Source: Patescibacteria group bacterium | GTDB taxonomy: Bacteria > Patescibacteriota > Gracilibacteria > UBA4473 | Direction of reading: 5' to 3' | Length of the DNA: 64,000 bases | NCBI GenBank assembly: GCA_965660445.1 | Contig: CBFIAK010000001.1 | Location: forward strand, 672,001-736,000 | Shown: positions 39,000 through 48,286 of the stretch, piece by piece | Layout of the letters: each line of letters begins with the position of its first letter | Position numbering within the stretch: position 1 is the first letter of the stretch | The notes under the pieces: model-generated | Seen by the model: only the letters and a program-made list of their open reading frames with translations | What the model was told of the DNA's origin: nothing | Databases searched by the model: none | Made by a program: the position numbers and the translations under genes

Positions 39000-39086
39000 A
39001 TTGATTTTAAAATATTTGGCAACCTTTTTTTGAAAAACAAAGAAAAAAACTTGAAATATTCTTACTTTTCAGAAAAAGTAAAAGCC

Positions 39087-39953
39087 ATGAACCAACACGG
39101 ATTTTTATGTATCGACAAACCAAAAGGAATAACCAGTTTTGCAGTATGTCACCATATACGAAAACAACTCGGCATCAAAAAAGTAGGACACACCGGAACA
39201 CTTGACCCTTTTGCAACAGGACTTCTCGTTGTCGCTACGGGGAAAGCAACAAAATGTATTCCATACCTTGAGAAATCAAAAAAAACATATCAAACTGTTC
39301 TCGCTTTAGGAGCAGAAACAGAAACGCTTGATTGTGATTCAGAGGTTATTGAAAGAGAAACAAAAGACATTCCAATCCCAACGCAAAAAGATATACAAAC
39401 GGTTCTTGATACTCATTTTAAGGGAAGTATTCAACAAATACCCCCTCAATACTCAGCATTAAAGGTAGATGGAAAAAGAGCTTATGATCGAGCGAGAAAA
39501 GGGGAGTCTTTTACGCTCAAACCAAGAGAAACACATATTTTTCAAAGCAAAATTATCGACTACTCTTTCCCGCACATCACTATAGAACTAACGGTTTCTG
39601 CAGGATTCTATGTACGCAGTTTTGCTCGTGATTTAGGAAGAATTGTTTTTGGAGGTGGGTATTGTAAATCACTTCGCAGAACAGCTATTGATGACATATC
39701 CATTACACAGGCACAGAACATGAACGATTACTTCCAAGTTCAAGATGTTCAAAATATACTACAATTCCACACATTCCCCATTGAAGCAAACAGAATTCCT
39801 GATTTTATATCAGGACGAGCTTTTCGGGTATCCCACCCAGATCAAAAAAACATATGCATACAACACCAACAAAAAACGATAGGCATTGGACATATAATGC
39901 AGAACATGCTTCACCCACGTATTGTTCTTATTGATTCGTTAGGAGGACAATAA
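39087..39953 (+). CDS. truB: tRNA pseudouridine(55) synthase
   Basis: IDKPKGITS, KVGHTGTLDPFATGLL, QIPPQYSALKVDGKRAY, SAGFYVRSFARD. Confidence 0.96.
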   Translation: MNQHGFLCIDKPKGITSFAVCHHIRKQLGIKKVGHTGTLDPFATGLLVVATGKATKCIPYLEKSKKTYQTVLALGAETETLDCDSEVIERETKDIPIPTQKDIQTVLDTHFKGSIQQIPPQYSALKVDGKRAYDRARKGESFTLKPRETHIFQSKIIDYSFPHITIELTVSAGFYVRSFARDLGRIVFGGGYCKSLRRTAIDDISITQAQNMNDYFQVQDVQNILQFHTFPIEANRIPDFISGRAFRVSHPDQKNICIQHQQKTIGIGHIMQNMLHPRIVLIDSLGGQ

Positions 39954-42026
39954 AATTCCCAATACCCCATTTGCAGAAAAGACAGTTCCAAAAAGAAGAG
40001 ATAAAACCATCATTACTTTTATTAAAATATTCAAAGAAGGACCAGAAACATCTTTTAATGGATCACCAATAGCATCTCCAAGCATAGATGCTTTATAAAT
40101 TTTTGACGTCGGTTCCTCTGGAAGAGACGCCGTAATATATTTTTTTGCATTATCCCATGCTCCTCCTGCATGAGTCATAAAAAATGCCATCAATACCCCT
40201 GATATCAAAGATCCAACAAGTAATCCACCGAGAACAATAGAACCAAACAAGAAACCAGTAACAAGAGGCATAAAACACGCAAACAGAGAAGGAAGCATCA
40301 TATTGTGTAGCGACGATGTTGTCGCTTGATCCAAACACGCTTGTGAATGAGCATCATTTATTCCTTTTTGAATATAACTTTGCGAAGTACATTGAGACCG
40401 AATAACATCCATAAGTTGTAAGGCAACTGTTCGAACAGAAGTAAGAGTAAAAGCAGAAAATAAGAACGGAATCATACATCCTAAGAAAAGCCCAATAAGT
40501 ACTCGAGAATCCAAGATATCAAGTTCAAAAATATCCGCCGAAAGAGAATATGCTGCAAAAAGAGCAAGAGCGGTTAAAGCGGTTGAACCAATGGCAAATC
40601 CTTTCCCCATAGCAGCGGAAGTATTTCCGACCATGTCAAGCACATCTGTTTTTTGTAAGAGACTTTCTTCTAGTTTTGCCATTTGGGCAATACCTTTTGC
40701 GTTATCAACAACCGGTCCATATGCGCCAATAGCAAAAGTAATACCAAGTGTTGAAAGCATTCCCAATGCAGCAACCGCAATTCCAAAAAGTCCCGCAAAT
40801 GCGTAAGAAAAAAGAATAGCAAGAGCAATAAGCACCAAAGGAACAAATGTTGATCGAAATCCAACAATAAGTCCTGATAAAATATTCATCACCGCTCCTG
40901 TTCGAGAATTTTCAGCCAGTTCTTTTACAGGGGCAAATCGTTCAGATGTATAATATTCCGTAACCACATCCATAAGAACTCCTACTAATACTCCCAAAGA
41001 AAGAGACATAAAAACACTAAAAGAAGCATCTGAAATTTCTGTAATGGGCGTTTTTCCACTAAAGAAATACTCAGACAAAAAATACCCAAAGAGAACAACT
41101 GATAAAGAAGAAATCCATAATCCATTTTTCATAGCGGTATGAATAGTTCCAAATCGTCCAATACGAACAAAAAAGAGTCCGATAGCAGATGCGATGATTC
41201 CACACGCAGCAAAAACAAAAACAAAAAACAAAGCATCTGTTTTAAACTGCATATATCCTAAAATCAAAGCCGATATTAAAGACCCGACATACGATTCAAA
41301 AAGATCGGCTCCCATCCCAGCAATATCACCGACATTATCACCGACATTATTTGCAATTGTAGCTGGATTTTGAACATCATCTTCTGCAAGTCCCATTTCT
41401 ATTTTTCCGACCAAGTCAGAAGCAATATCTGATGCTTTTGTGTAAATACCTCCACCAATACGAGCAAAAAGAGCTAATGCAGAAGCCCCTAAACCAAATC
41501 CCACTAAAAGAGATAAGACTAAATGAATATCGTCAATACCAAACACATGCCAGAAAAGAAGAAACACCATAATAACCCCTAAAAGGGCTAATGATGCAAC
41601 AAAAAAACCCATAATAGCTGCCGAATGAAATGAAGAAAGAAATCCTGCATGAGTACCATGCGATTGTAAACGTTGTAAAGCTATTACATTTGCTCTTGTA
41701 GAAATTATCATACTCACTACTCCCGCAAGTCCACTCGTAAGAATTCCACATAAAAACGAAACCGATAACCAAACTCCATACCAAATATCAGAGTCATACC
41801 CTTGAGAAAGTGCGATTGAAAGCAGAAGAATAAACCCTCCAACAAATCCAGAGATATACAATGATTGTTTTTTTAGGAAATGAAATGCCCCTTTTTTGAT
41901 AGCGTCTACAAATGGAGAAAAAATCACATCAATCGGAACTTGAAAGAGGCGATATGCAGCAATAAAAGTGAATAACAATGCCCAAAAACTAATAATAAGA
42001 GGAAACGAAAACACTGTAAAATTCAT
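39939..42026 (-). CDS. hppA: Membrane-bound cation-translocating pyrophosphatase (divergent)
   Basis: RIGGGIYTK, NVGDNVGDIAGMGADLFESY, GNTSAA, GGAWDNAKK, GDPLKDVSGPSLNILIK; many TM helices. Confidence 0.93.
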   Translation of the reverse strand: MNFTVFSFPLIISFWALLFTFIAAYRLFQVPIDVIFSPFVDAIKKGAFHFLKKQSLYISGFVGGFILLLSIALSQGYDSDIWYGVWLSVSFLCGILTSGLAGVVSMIISTRANVIALQRLQSHGTHAGFLSSFHSAAIMGFFVASLALLGVIMVFLLFWHVFGIDDIHLVLSLLVGFGLGASALALFARIGGGIYTKASDIASDLVGKIEMGLAEDDVQNPATIANNVGDNVGDIAGMGADLFESYVGSLISALILGYMQFKTDALFFVFVFAACGIIASAIGLFFVRIGRFGTIHTAMKNGLWISSLSVVLFGYFLSEYFFSGKTPITEISDASFSVFMSLSLGVLVGVLMDVVTEYYTSERFAPVKELAENSRTGAVMNILSGLIVGFRSTFVPLVLIALAILFSYAFAGLFGIAVAALGMLSTLGITFAIGAYGPVVDNAKGIAQMAKLEESLLQKTDVLDMVGNTSAAMGKGFAIGSTALTALALFAAYSLSADIFELDILDSRVLIGLFLGCMIPFLFSAFTLTSVRTVALQLMDVIRSQCTSQSYIQKGINDAHSQACLDQATTSSLHNMMLPSLFACFMPLVTGFLFGSIVLGGLLVGSLISGVLMAFFMTHAGGAWDNAKKYITASLPEEPTSKIYKASMLGDAIGDPLKDVSGPSLNILIKVMMVLSLLFGTVFSANGVLGILLSS

Positions 42027-42074
42027 AAAAATGCAACTAAAAACCAAAAGAGTCTAGTGATGCACAAAAAAAAA

Positions 42075-43244
42075 TCAATGTTCTTTTAATACAATCTCAA
42101 TCCCCGGCAGAGAAGTTCCGCCTAAAAATTGAAGCATAGCGCCTCCACCCATAGAAACATGAGTAAAATCAGAAAATGGTACATTCCATTTTCGCAAAGC
42201 CTTAATAGTATCTCCACCACCAATAATAGTTTTTGAATTTTTTTGTCGTCGAATACATTCAAGTATCGCCTTTGTCCCGTGAGCAAAGGCTTCTGATTCT
42301 AATACCCCTAATGGTCCATTCCAAATAATTGTATGAGAATAGTTTAGTATTTCACTATAACTTTGGATAGTTCTTACCCCGATATCAAAAATACCCAGAT
42401 TCACAAACGCCTCATCGGCTGGCAAATCCAGTGTTTCGGTACTTTCGATAGTATCTGCACACACAACATCAACGGGCAAATGAATGCCTGTTTTGTGTTG
42501 GTTTGCTATTTTTAAAATCCGCCGTGCATGTTTTACATAATCAGGTTCATACACACTCGTTCCAACTTCATACCCTTGTGCTACTAAAAAAGTGTTAGCC
42601 ATACCACCACCCAGCAATATATTATCGGCAATAACGGCGAAATGCTCAAGAACGGGGATTTTTGTTTCCATTTTAACACCACTCATAACAACCGTTAACC
42701 CCAACTGCTTTTCATCAGTACAGAATGGGAGAAGCATTTGCACTTCTTTTTCTAACAGAAATCCAGCATAACACGGTATTTGTTTTGCAAAACCAACAAC
42801 CGATGCATGCGCTCTATGTGACACAGAAAAGGCATCATTTACAAATATATCTGGTTGCAAAGCCATCATAATACGCTGAATAAAAGCGGCATCATTCTTT
42901 TTCTCTTCTGGAAAAAACCGTGTATTTTCATGTATTTGTACTCGGCTATTTCCAGCGGTGAAATCTGATCGAAATTCAACGGACTCATTCAGAATTTTTG
43001 ATAGAAAAGGAACTAATTTTTGTGTTGAAAGATGTAGGTCTGCATCACTTTTTGGTCTTCCTATATGAGTGAAAATATGAATTTGAGAAGCTCCGTGTTC
43101 CAATAAGTATCGCAATGTTGGAATCGCTTGTTCTATACGAGAAGGATCTTGAATAACCCCATCACGCAATGGAACATTAAAATCAACACGAATACAAACA
43201 ATAGCATTTTCTATAACTGAAGGGGTCAGTGTTCGAAGATTCAT
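42075..43244 (-). CDS. pgk: Phosphoglycerate kinase
   Basis: RVDFNVPL, HIGRPK, ENTRF, VNDAFSVSHRAHAS, WNGPLG, HVSMGGGA. Confidence 0.96.
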   Translation of the reverse strand: MNLRTLTPSVIENAIVCIRVDFNVPLRDGVIQDPSRIEQAIPTLRYLLEHGASQIHIFTHIGRPKSDADLHLSTQKLVPFLSKILNESVEFRSDFTAGNSRVQIHENTRFFPEEKKNDAAFIQRIMMALQPDIFVNDAFSVSHRAHASVVGFAKQIPCYAGFLLEKEVQMLLPFCTDEKQLGLTVVMSGVKMETKIPVLEHFAVIADNILLGGGMANTFLVAQGYEVGTSVYEPDYVKHARRILKIANQHKTGIHLPVDVVCADTIESTETLDLPADEAFVNLGIFDIGVRTIQSYSEILNYSHTIIWNGPLGVLESEAFAHGTKAILECIRRQKNSKTIIGGGDTIKALRKWNVPFSDFTHVSMGGGAMLQFLGGTSLPGIEIVLKEH

Positions 43245-43455
43245 AAAAAATAATCAAGAAATATATCTTCATTCTAAAGGGTACACAAAAACGAATCAAA
43301 TTTTTTGACAACAAAGAAAAAAGTGGGCATTATAGAGACATTGATATTTGAAAATTCAGAAATCACGCCTTTTCTTATTTCCTTGTTTTCATGAAAGAAA
43401 TACAAAGTAATAGAAAAGAGTGTTTTATTTTTTTTAAAAAAGAAAGGAGAAATGC

Positions 43456-43827
43456 ATGCAAAATGCTACCATAAAAGGGCGACTTAGACGCCAAAGCCCG
43501 ATCCAAAAGGATGATAAAGATGATAAAGAAGTCATTGAAGCTCAACAAATTCTCAAAAATGACATTGAAAGAGAAATAGTTGGAGAAATACGATTCCAGA
43601 AAAAAAGAGGAGTCGGAGGAGATGAAAGAATAATCATACCTAAAAAAAAGAAAACAAGAGTGTTTAAAAGATATTCTCGAGTGAATATACTCTGTGAAGA
43701 ATACAAGAAAATACTCTTAAAAAAATATAATCTAACTGATAGATACGCACTTATCCGCAAAGACAATAGTGCGTATTGGATCATTGCAATTCCCCCTCAC
43801 AATTTTTTACAAGAAACATATCAATAA
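43456..43827 (+). CDS. Small basic orphan protein
   Basis: AAGGAG RBS, TTGACA-17-CATTAT at 43305-43333, terminator after stop. Confidence 0.65.
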   Translation: MQNATIKGRLRRQSPIQKDDKDDKEVIEAQQILKNDIEREIVGEIRFQKKRGVGGDERIIIPKKKKTRVFKRYSRVNILCEEYKKILLKKYNLTDRYALIRKDNSAYWIIAIPPHNFLQETYQ

Positions 43828-43840
43828 TTTTTTTAAACAT

Positions 43841-43874
43841 ACTCCGACAATAAGTGTATTGTCGGAGTTTTTTT
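43841..43874 (+). terminator. Intrinsic terminator
   Basis: ACTCCGACAATA-agtg-TATTGTCGGAGT plus T run. Confidence 0.85.
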
Positions 43875-43912
43875 ATTTTCTTTTTTTTATTTTTTCATAC
43901 ACTAAAAAACGC

Positions 43913-45331
43913 ATGGAATTAGAAACTATTATCGGTCTTGAGGTACACGCACAACTCTCAACAAAAACAAAGCTTTGGTGTGGGTGTGATAACGATGCAT
44001 TTCAAAAAGAACCCAATACATGCGTGTGTCCAATATGCATGGGATTTCCAGGAACGCTCCCAACCCTTAATAAAGAAGCGGTTAAAAAAGCCGTTTTTGC
44101 TGGAAAATCTATTGGATGCACAATCAACGCACAAACAAAATTCGATCGAAAAAATTATTTTTATCCTGATCTCCCAACGGGATATCAGATTTCTCAATAT
44201 GATATTCCTATAGCTGAGAAAGGGAGCATTCCAATACACACTCAAAACGGAAAACGATTGATAGGGGTTACTCGTATTCATCTCGAAAACGATGCTGGAA
44301 AATTAACGCATACCACACAAGGAACATTATGTGACTATAATCGATGCGGAACACCGCTCATTGAAATTGTTACTGAACCAGAAATAAGATCTGCCGAAGA
44401 AGCTCAAAGTTTCGCAAAAGAACTTCAGAAATTACTTCGTTATATTGGAGTATCAGATGCGGATATGGAAAAAGGAATGATGCGTTTTGATGCTTCTATT
44501 TCCCTCCGTCCAAAAGGAGAAAAAAAACTATATCCCCGAACAGAAATTAAAAATCTCAATTCGTTTACCAGTCTTAAAAAAGCCTTGCAATACGAAGAAG
44601 AAAGACAAAAAAAAGCATGGGAATTAGGAAATCCTTCATCTTACGAAACAACAGTTGGTTGGATTGAAGAAGAGAACAAAACACAACTCATGAGAAAAAA
44701 AGAATCTGCTGATGATTACCGGTATTTTCCAGAACCTGATATTCCTCCATTAGACTTGGATACCATTCCAAACCTATTATCACAGGAGGAATCATTTGAA
44801 ACTCCGTTTGAAAAATACGAGCGGTATCGGAACGAATACCAACTCAATGAGAATGATGCCCTGAAATTAACAGAAACCAAGACACTGTCTGTATTTTATG
44901 AAACAGCGGTAACACTATCGGGAGATGCAAAAAGATCAGCGGGATTTTTATTGAGTGAAATCTTACGTGATTCTCAATGGTATAAAACCCCTATTACACC
45001 TCAACATATTGCTGATGTGATTCAGCTTGTTGATACAGGGAAATTATCGAATTCAGGAGCAAAACGGATCCTTCAAGAAGCTCTCCGAATTGATAAAAAT
45101 GCAGAACAACTAATGCAAGCGCTTAAACTCGAACAAAACTCAAATCAAAACCAACTCGAAGAATGGATTCAAGAAGTTTTACAAGAAAACCCTCAATCTA
45201 TCGAAGACTACAATGATGGAAAAACAAAAGCCCTTCAGTATTTGATGGGACAAGTTATGAAAAAATCAAAAGGAAGTGCAAACCCGCCGCTTATTCAAGA
45301 AATCCTTTATCAAAAAATAAAAAGCGAATAA
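43913..45331 (+). CDS. gatB: Asp/Glu-tRNA amidotransferase subunit B
   Basis: IGLEVHAQL, FDRKNYFYPDLP, HLENDAGK, DYRYFPEPD; start ATG 43913. Confidence 0.97.
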   Translation: MELETIIGLEVHAQLSTKTKLWCGCDNDAFQKEPNTCVCPICMGFPGTLPTLNKEAVKKAVFAGKSIGCTINAQTKFDRKNYFYPDLPTGYQISQYDIPIAEKGSIPIHTQNGKRLIGVTRIHLENDAGKLTHTTQGTLCDYNRCGTPLIEIVTEPEIRSAEEAQSFAKELQKLLRYIGVSDADMEKGMMRFDASISLRPKGEKKLYPRTEIKNLNSFTSLKKALQYEEERQKKAWELGNPSSYETTVGWIEEENKTQLMRKKESADDYRYFPEPDIPPLDLDTIPNLLSQEESFETPFEKYERYRNEYQLNENDALKLTETKTLSVFYETAVTLSGDAKRSAGFLLSEILRDSQWYKTPITPQHIADVIQLVDTGKLSNSGAKRILQEALRIDKNAEQLMQALKLEQNSNQNQLEEWIQEVLQENPQSIEDYNDGKTKALQYLMGQVMKKSKGSANPPLIQEILYQKIKSE

Positions 45332-45393
45332 AAAATATTGAGAAAGTGAAACATCTGTGATATAATGGAAAAAAATTTCTAATACAAAACCCA

Positions 45394-45615
45394 ATGTTTA
45401 TTCTTGAATACGCAAAAGAAATAATGTTTCTCTGCTTTGGAGTTGGGTTTCTAACAATGTCATTCTTTATTACACGATCAGTTATTCGCATTCACTCATT
45501 GCTTCAAAAACTGGATGATTTGAGTGATCTTTTTATAACATACATTCAACGACCTCTATCGCTTATTATTCAAGCACATAAAGCAGTAAATGGAATACGA
45601 AAATGGTTTCAATAA
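45394..45615 (+). CDS. Small single-TM membrane protein
   Basis: One TM then amphipathic helix; upstream TATAAT at 45361. Confidence 0.55.
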   Translation: MFILEYAKEIMFLCFGVGFLTMSFFITRSVIRIHSLLQKLDDLSDLFITYIQRPLSLIIQAHKAVNGIRKWFQ

Positions 45616-45624
45616 TCGTAGTTG

Positions 45625-46545
45625 ATGCATACACCAAATGAGCGATACCCAAGAACAATGATTCTTTTTGAAGTGGTTCAATGGGGATTTTTTCTGTTAA
45701 TATGGATATGGGCATGGAGTAATAATTTTTCAATCTTTGGCGTAATAATAGCTATTATAGTTTCTAGTCTATTTCTCTATGCTGGATGGATAGAACCATT
45801 TCGTTTAAAAACAGAAAATATATTTTTGCATATTCCAAAACTACCATCTTGTCGAATTCTTGTGGTATCTGATATTCATATAGGGCCTTATAAAGGAAAA
45901 CGATGGATAAGAAAAACAGTACAGGCTATCAATAAGACAGAAGCGGATATAGTTTGTATTCCGGGAGACTTTTTATACGGAGGAGCTCTTATTTATGCTG
46001 AAACACTAAAAGAATTAAAAGATATCAATAAACCGGTCTATGCCACCCTTGGGAATCACGACCATGCACCAAACAAATCACTCGATCAAAAACAAGCACA
46101 AAAAATAATACAGACACTGAAAGATGCCCATATAAAAGTACTCAATAATGAATCTCTTGTGTGGGAAGATAAATCTATTCTTATCGCTGGAATAGATGAT
46201 AATTATTTACATTTCGATAATATAGAACAAGCGATGCATCAGGGTGAGGGAGACAAGAAACCAACTGTTTTACTCGCTCATTCACCTGATATTCTTGATA
46301 ATAGACAACTCAAGACAAAAAAACCGTGTCTTATACTTTGTGGACACACACATGGTGGGCAAATACGTTTTCCTTTTTTAGGCGCTTTATCCTATACAAT
46401 TCCCGCAAAAGAGGGGAATAAGCGAGATAAAGGACTCAAAAGAGAACATAATATTCCGTGTTTTATTTCTGTAGGAGTTGGTGAAACCAGTACTCGAATG
46501 CGTTTTTTAAACCCACCAACTATCTCTCTTTTGAATATAAATTAG
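45625..46545 (+). CDS. Membrane-anchored metallophosphoesterase (YkuE-like)
   Basis: SDIH, PGDF, LGNHD, LAHSPD, GHTHGGQ. Confidence 0.93.
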   Translation: MHTPNERYPRTMILFEVVQWGFFLLIWIWAWSNNFSIFGVIIAIIVSSLFLYAGWIEPFRLKTENIFLHIPKLPSCRILVVSDIHIGPYKGKRWIRKTVQAINKTEADIVCIPGDFLYGGALIYAETLKELKDINKPVYATLGNHDHAPNKSLDQKQAQKIIQTLKDAHIKVLNNESLVWEDKSILIAGIDDNYLHFDNIEQAMHQGEGDKKPTVLLAHSPDILDNRQLKTKKPCLILCGHTHGGQIRFPFLGALSYTIPAKEGNKRDKGLKREHNIPCFISVGVGETSTRMRFLNPPTISLLNIN

Positions 46546-46574
46546 TTGACAATGTCATGACATATACATATAAA
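46546..46574 (+). promoter_or_regulatory. Sigma70 promoter with perfect 12-bp palindromic operator in the spacer
   Basis: TTGACA (46546) -17- TATAAA (46569); ATGTCATGACAT at 46552-46563. Confidence 0.75.
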
Positions 46575-46580
46575 ACAAAC

Positions 46581-46847
46581 ATGTCACACATTCAAATTCG
46601 AATATCAGAAGAAGAAAAAGAGTATGCACAACAACTTTTCCGATCAATGGGCCTGAGTATGTCTGGGGCTATTAAGCTCTTTATTCGCAAATCAATACAA
46701 GATGATGCACTTCCTTTTGATGTATCAGCAAGATCAATTATCAAAAAGCCATCCTCAAAAAAAGAAAAAGAACCGAAACAACCCCAAAAACAACAGCCGA
46801 AACCATCGGCAAATCGGTTTTCAAATTTTGTAAAAAAAGAAATATAA
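46581..46847 (+). CDS. RelB/DinJ-family ribbon-helix-helix protein without adjacent toxin
   Basis: IQIRISEEEKEYAQQLFRSMGLSMSGAIKLFIRKSIQDDALPF; start reassigned to ATG 46581 because ATG 46557 lies inside the promoter. Confidence 0.85.
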   Translation: MSHIQIRISEEEKEYAQQLFRSMGLSMSGAIKLFIRKSIQDDALPFDVSARSIIKKPSSKKEKEPKQPQKQQPKPSANRFSNFVKKEI

Positions 46848-46852
46848 AAAAA

Positions 46853-46880
46853 ATAACACTGTGATAAATCACAGTGTTAT
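46853..46880. terminator. Perfect hairpin between convergent genes
   Basis: ATAACACTGTGAT-aa-ATCACAGTGTTAT preceded by A-run. Confidence 0.7.
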
Positions 46881-46884
46881 ATAT

Positions 46885-47310
46885 TTAATAATACAGCCAA
46901 CAAAAAGTATTTTCTTCATTCTGAGGTATTTTCAACTTGTAATGAAAATGACTGTACAGAAAAAGTAAATCACAGAGAATTGGCTCATATTCTTTCGTAA
47001 AGTTCCACCTTGATAGGGAAATCCGAACCTCATAAAGGTGCGGTGATCGCAGTGGAAAGTGTGCATCAAGCAAAGGAAGTAAATCAGTCGGTATCTCTCG
47101 AAACCAATGAAGAAATCGTGTATACATATCAATTCTTTTTTGAATAAGAGATACGAGAGATTGTTTATCAGCATAGAGAAGACTGTAGTGTTTTAGATCT
47201 TCTATTGCTGATGGAAGAGAAGATACAATACTTTCAGTGTGAAGGATTTCTTTTGATTGTAAAAGATCCTTCACATCTGAAGGTACCATTGTTAAACGAA
47301 TACTATTCAT
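46885..47310 (-). CDS. Orphan protein (probable paralog of the upstream ORF)
   Basis: AGGAG-tactt-ATG at 47310; shares motifs with 47324-47776. Confidence 0.65.
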   Translation of the reverse strand: MNSIRLTMVPSDVKDLLQSKEILHTESIVSSLPSAIEDLKHYSLLYADKQSLVSLIQKRIDMYTRFLHWFREIPTDLLPLLDAHFPLRSPHLYEVRISLSRWNFTKEYEPILCDLLFLYSHFHYKLKIPQNEENTFCWLYY

Positions 47311-47323
47311 AAGTACTCCTGAT

Positions 47324-47776
47324 TTATGATAGATAGTAATTCTTACCATGTATATATGGTGTTAAAAAAACTTCAAACTGCTTTCCCACCGCCTTATACT
47401 GAGTGATAAGAGGAGGAAAATTTTTCCTGCTCATATGAGCATCAAGTAACCCTTTATTCATATGTGTTTTCTTGATGAAGATCCGAATTTTTAATGGATC
47501 TAGTTTTGGACACTCAATAGTCATTTCCGAGCGAATAACCGCTGGAATATGAGTAAGTGTATAGAGTAAATACTCATACTGATGCCATAACTGAAGCTGT
47601 TCATAAGCATTCACATCACAGGTTAAAGACAATGAATCTAGGGGTGTCCCTCGTTTTAAAATTTGTACTCTTTTTTGTAGAGAATGAATAATATTCTCAG
47701 AAAAAAATCCGGAATCGGATAAGATTGCCGAAGCCATTTTACGTCTTTTTTTAGGCGGAGAAATGGTAGTAAGCAT
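47324..47776 (-). CDS. Orphan protein
   Basis: AAGGAGG-catatc-ATG; TATAAT upstream at 47820-47815. Confidence 0.7.
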   Translation of the reverse strand: MLTTISPPKKRRKMASAILSDSGFFSENIIHSLQKRVQILKRGTPLDSLSLTCDVNAYEQLQLWHQYEYLLYTLTHIPAVIRSEMTIECPKLDPLKIRIFIKKTHMNKGLLDAHMSRKNFPPLITQYKAVGKQFEVFLTPYIHGKNYYLS

Positions 47777-47833
47777 GATATGCCTCCTTTAATGAATAAT
47801 GTAAAAGAACTCACATTATAAATAGAACAAAAT

Positions 47834-48286
47834 CTAAACCGTGTCCAATTTTTCATTTACTATTTGATCGGCAATTTTATTTTTTTCTCGAGGAACATGT
47901 GTAAAAACAAGAGACGTGAAATTATTTTTTAGATTTTGTATCTCTTGAGCAATAGGTTTTATGTTCTGATTTTTTATTTTCCAACGACCACTCATTTGTT
48001 CTACAATAAGTTTTGAATCGAGAAAAACAGAAAGATGAGTTATGCCATGATTGAGTGCCATAGCAAGTCCATCACGAACAGCACAATACTCAGCAAAGTT
48101 ATTTGTTTGTATACCATAATACCAACCAGATCGTGCTTGTTCTGTTTTTTGATCATCATACAGAACCGCTCCACCGGCACACCGACCAGGATTTCCACGT
48201 GATCCACCATCACAAAACAAAACACCATGTTTATCAACACAATCACCTTTTTGTGATACAGAAAGAGAATCAAAAAGTGTTATCAT
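47834..48286 (-). CDS. rnhA: Ribonuclease HI
   Basis: CDGGSRGNPG, TNNFAEY, DSKLIVEQMSGRWKIK, HVPREKNKIAD. Confidence 0.94.
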   Translation of the reverse strand: MITLFDSLSVSQKGDCVDKHGVLFCDGGSRGNPGRCAGGAVLYDDQKTEQARSGWYYGIQTNNFAEYCAVRDGLAMALNHGITHLSVFLDSKLIVEQMSGRWKIKNQNIKPIAQEIQNLKNNFTSLVFTHVPREKNKIADQIVNEKLDTV

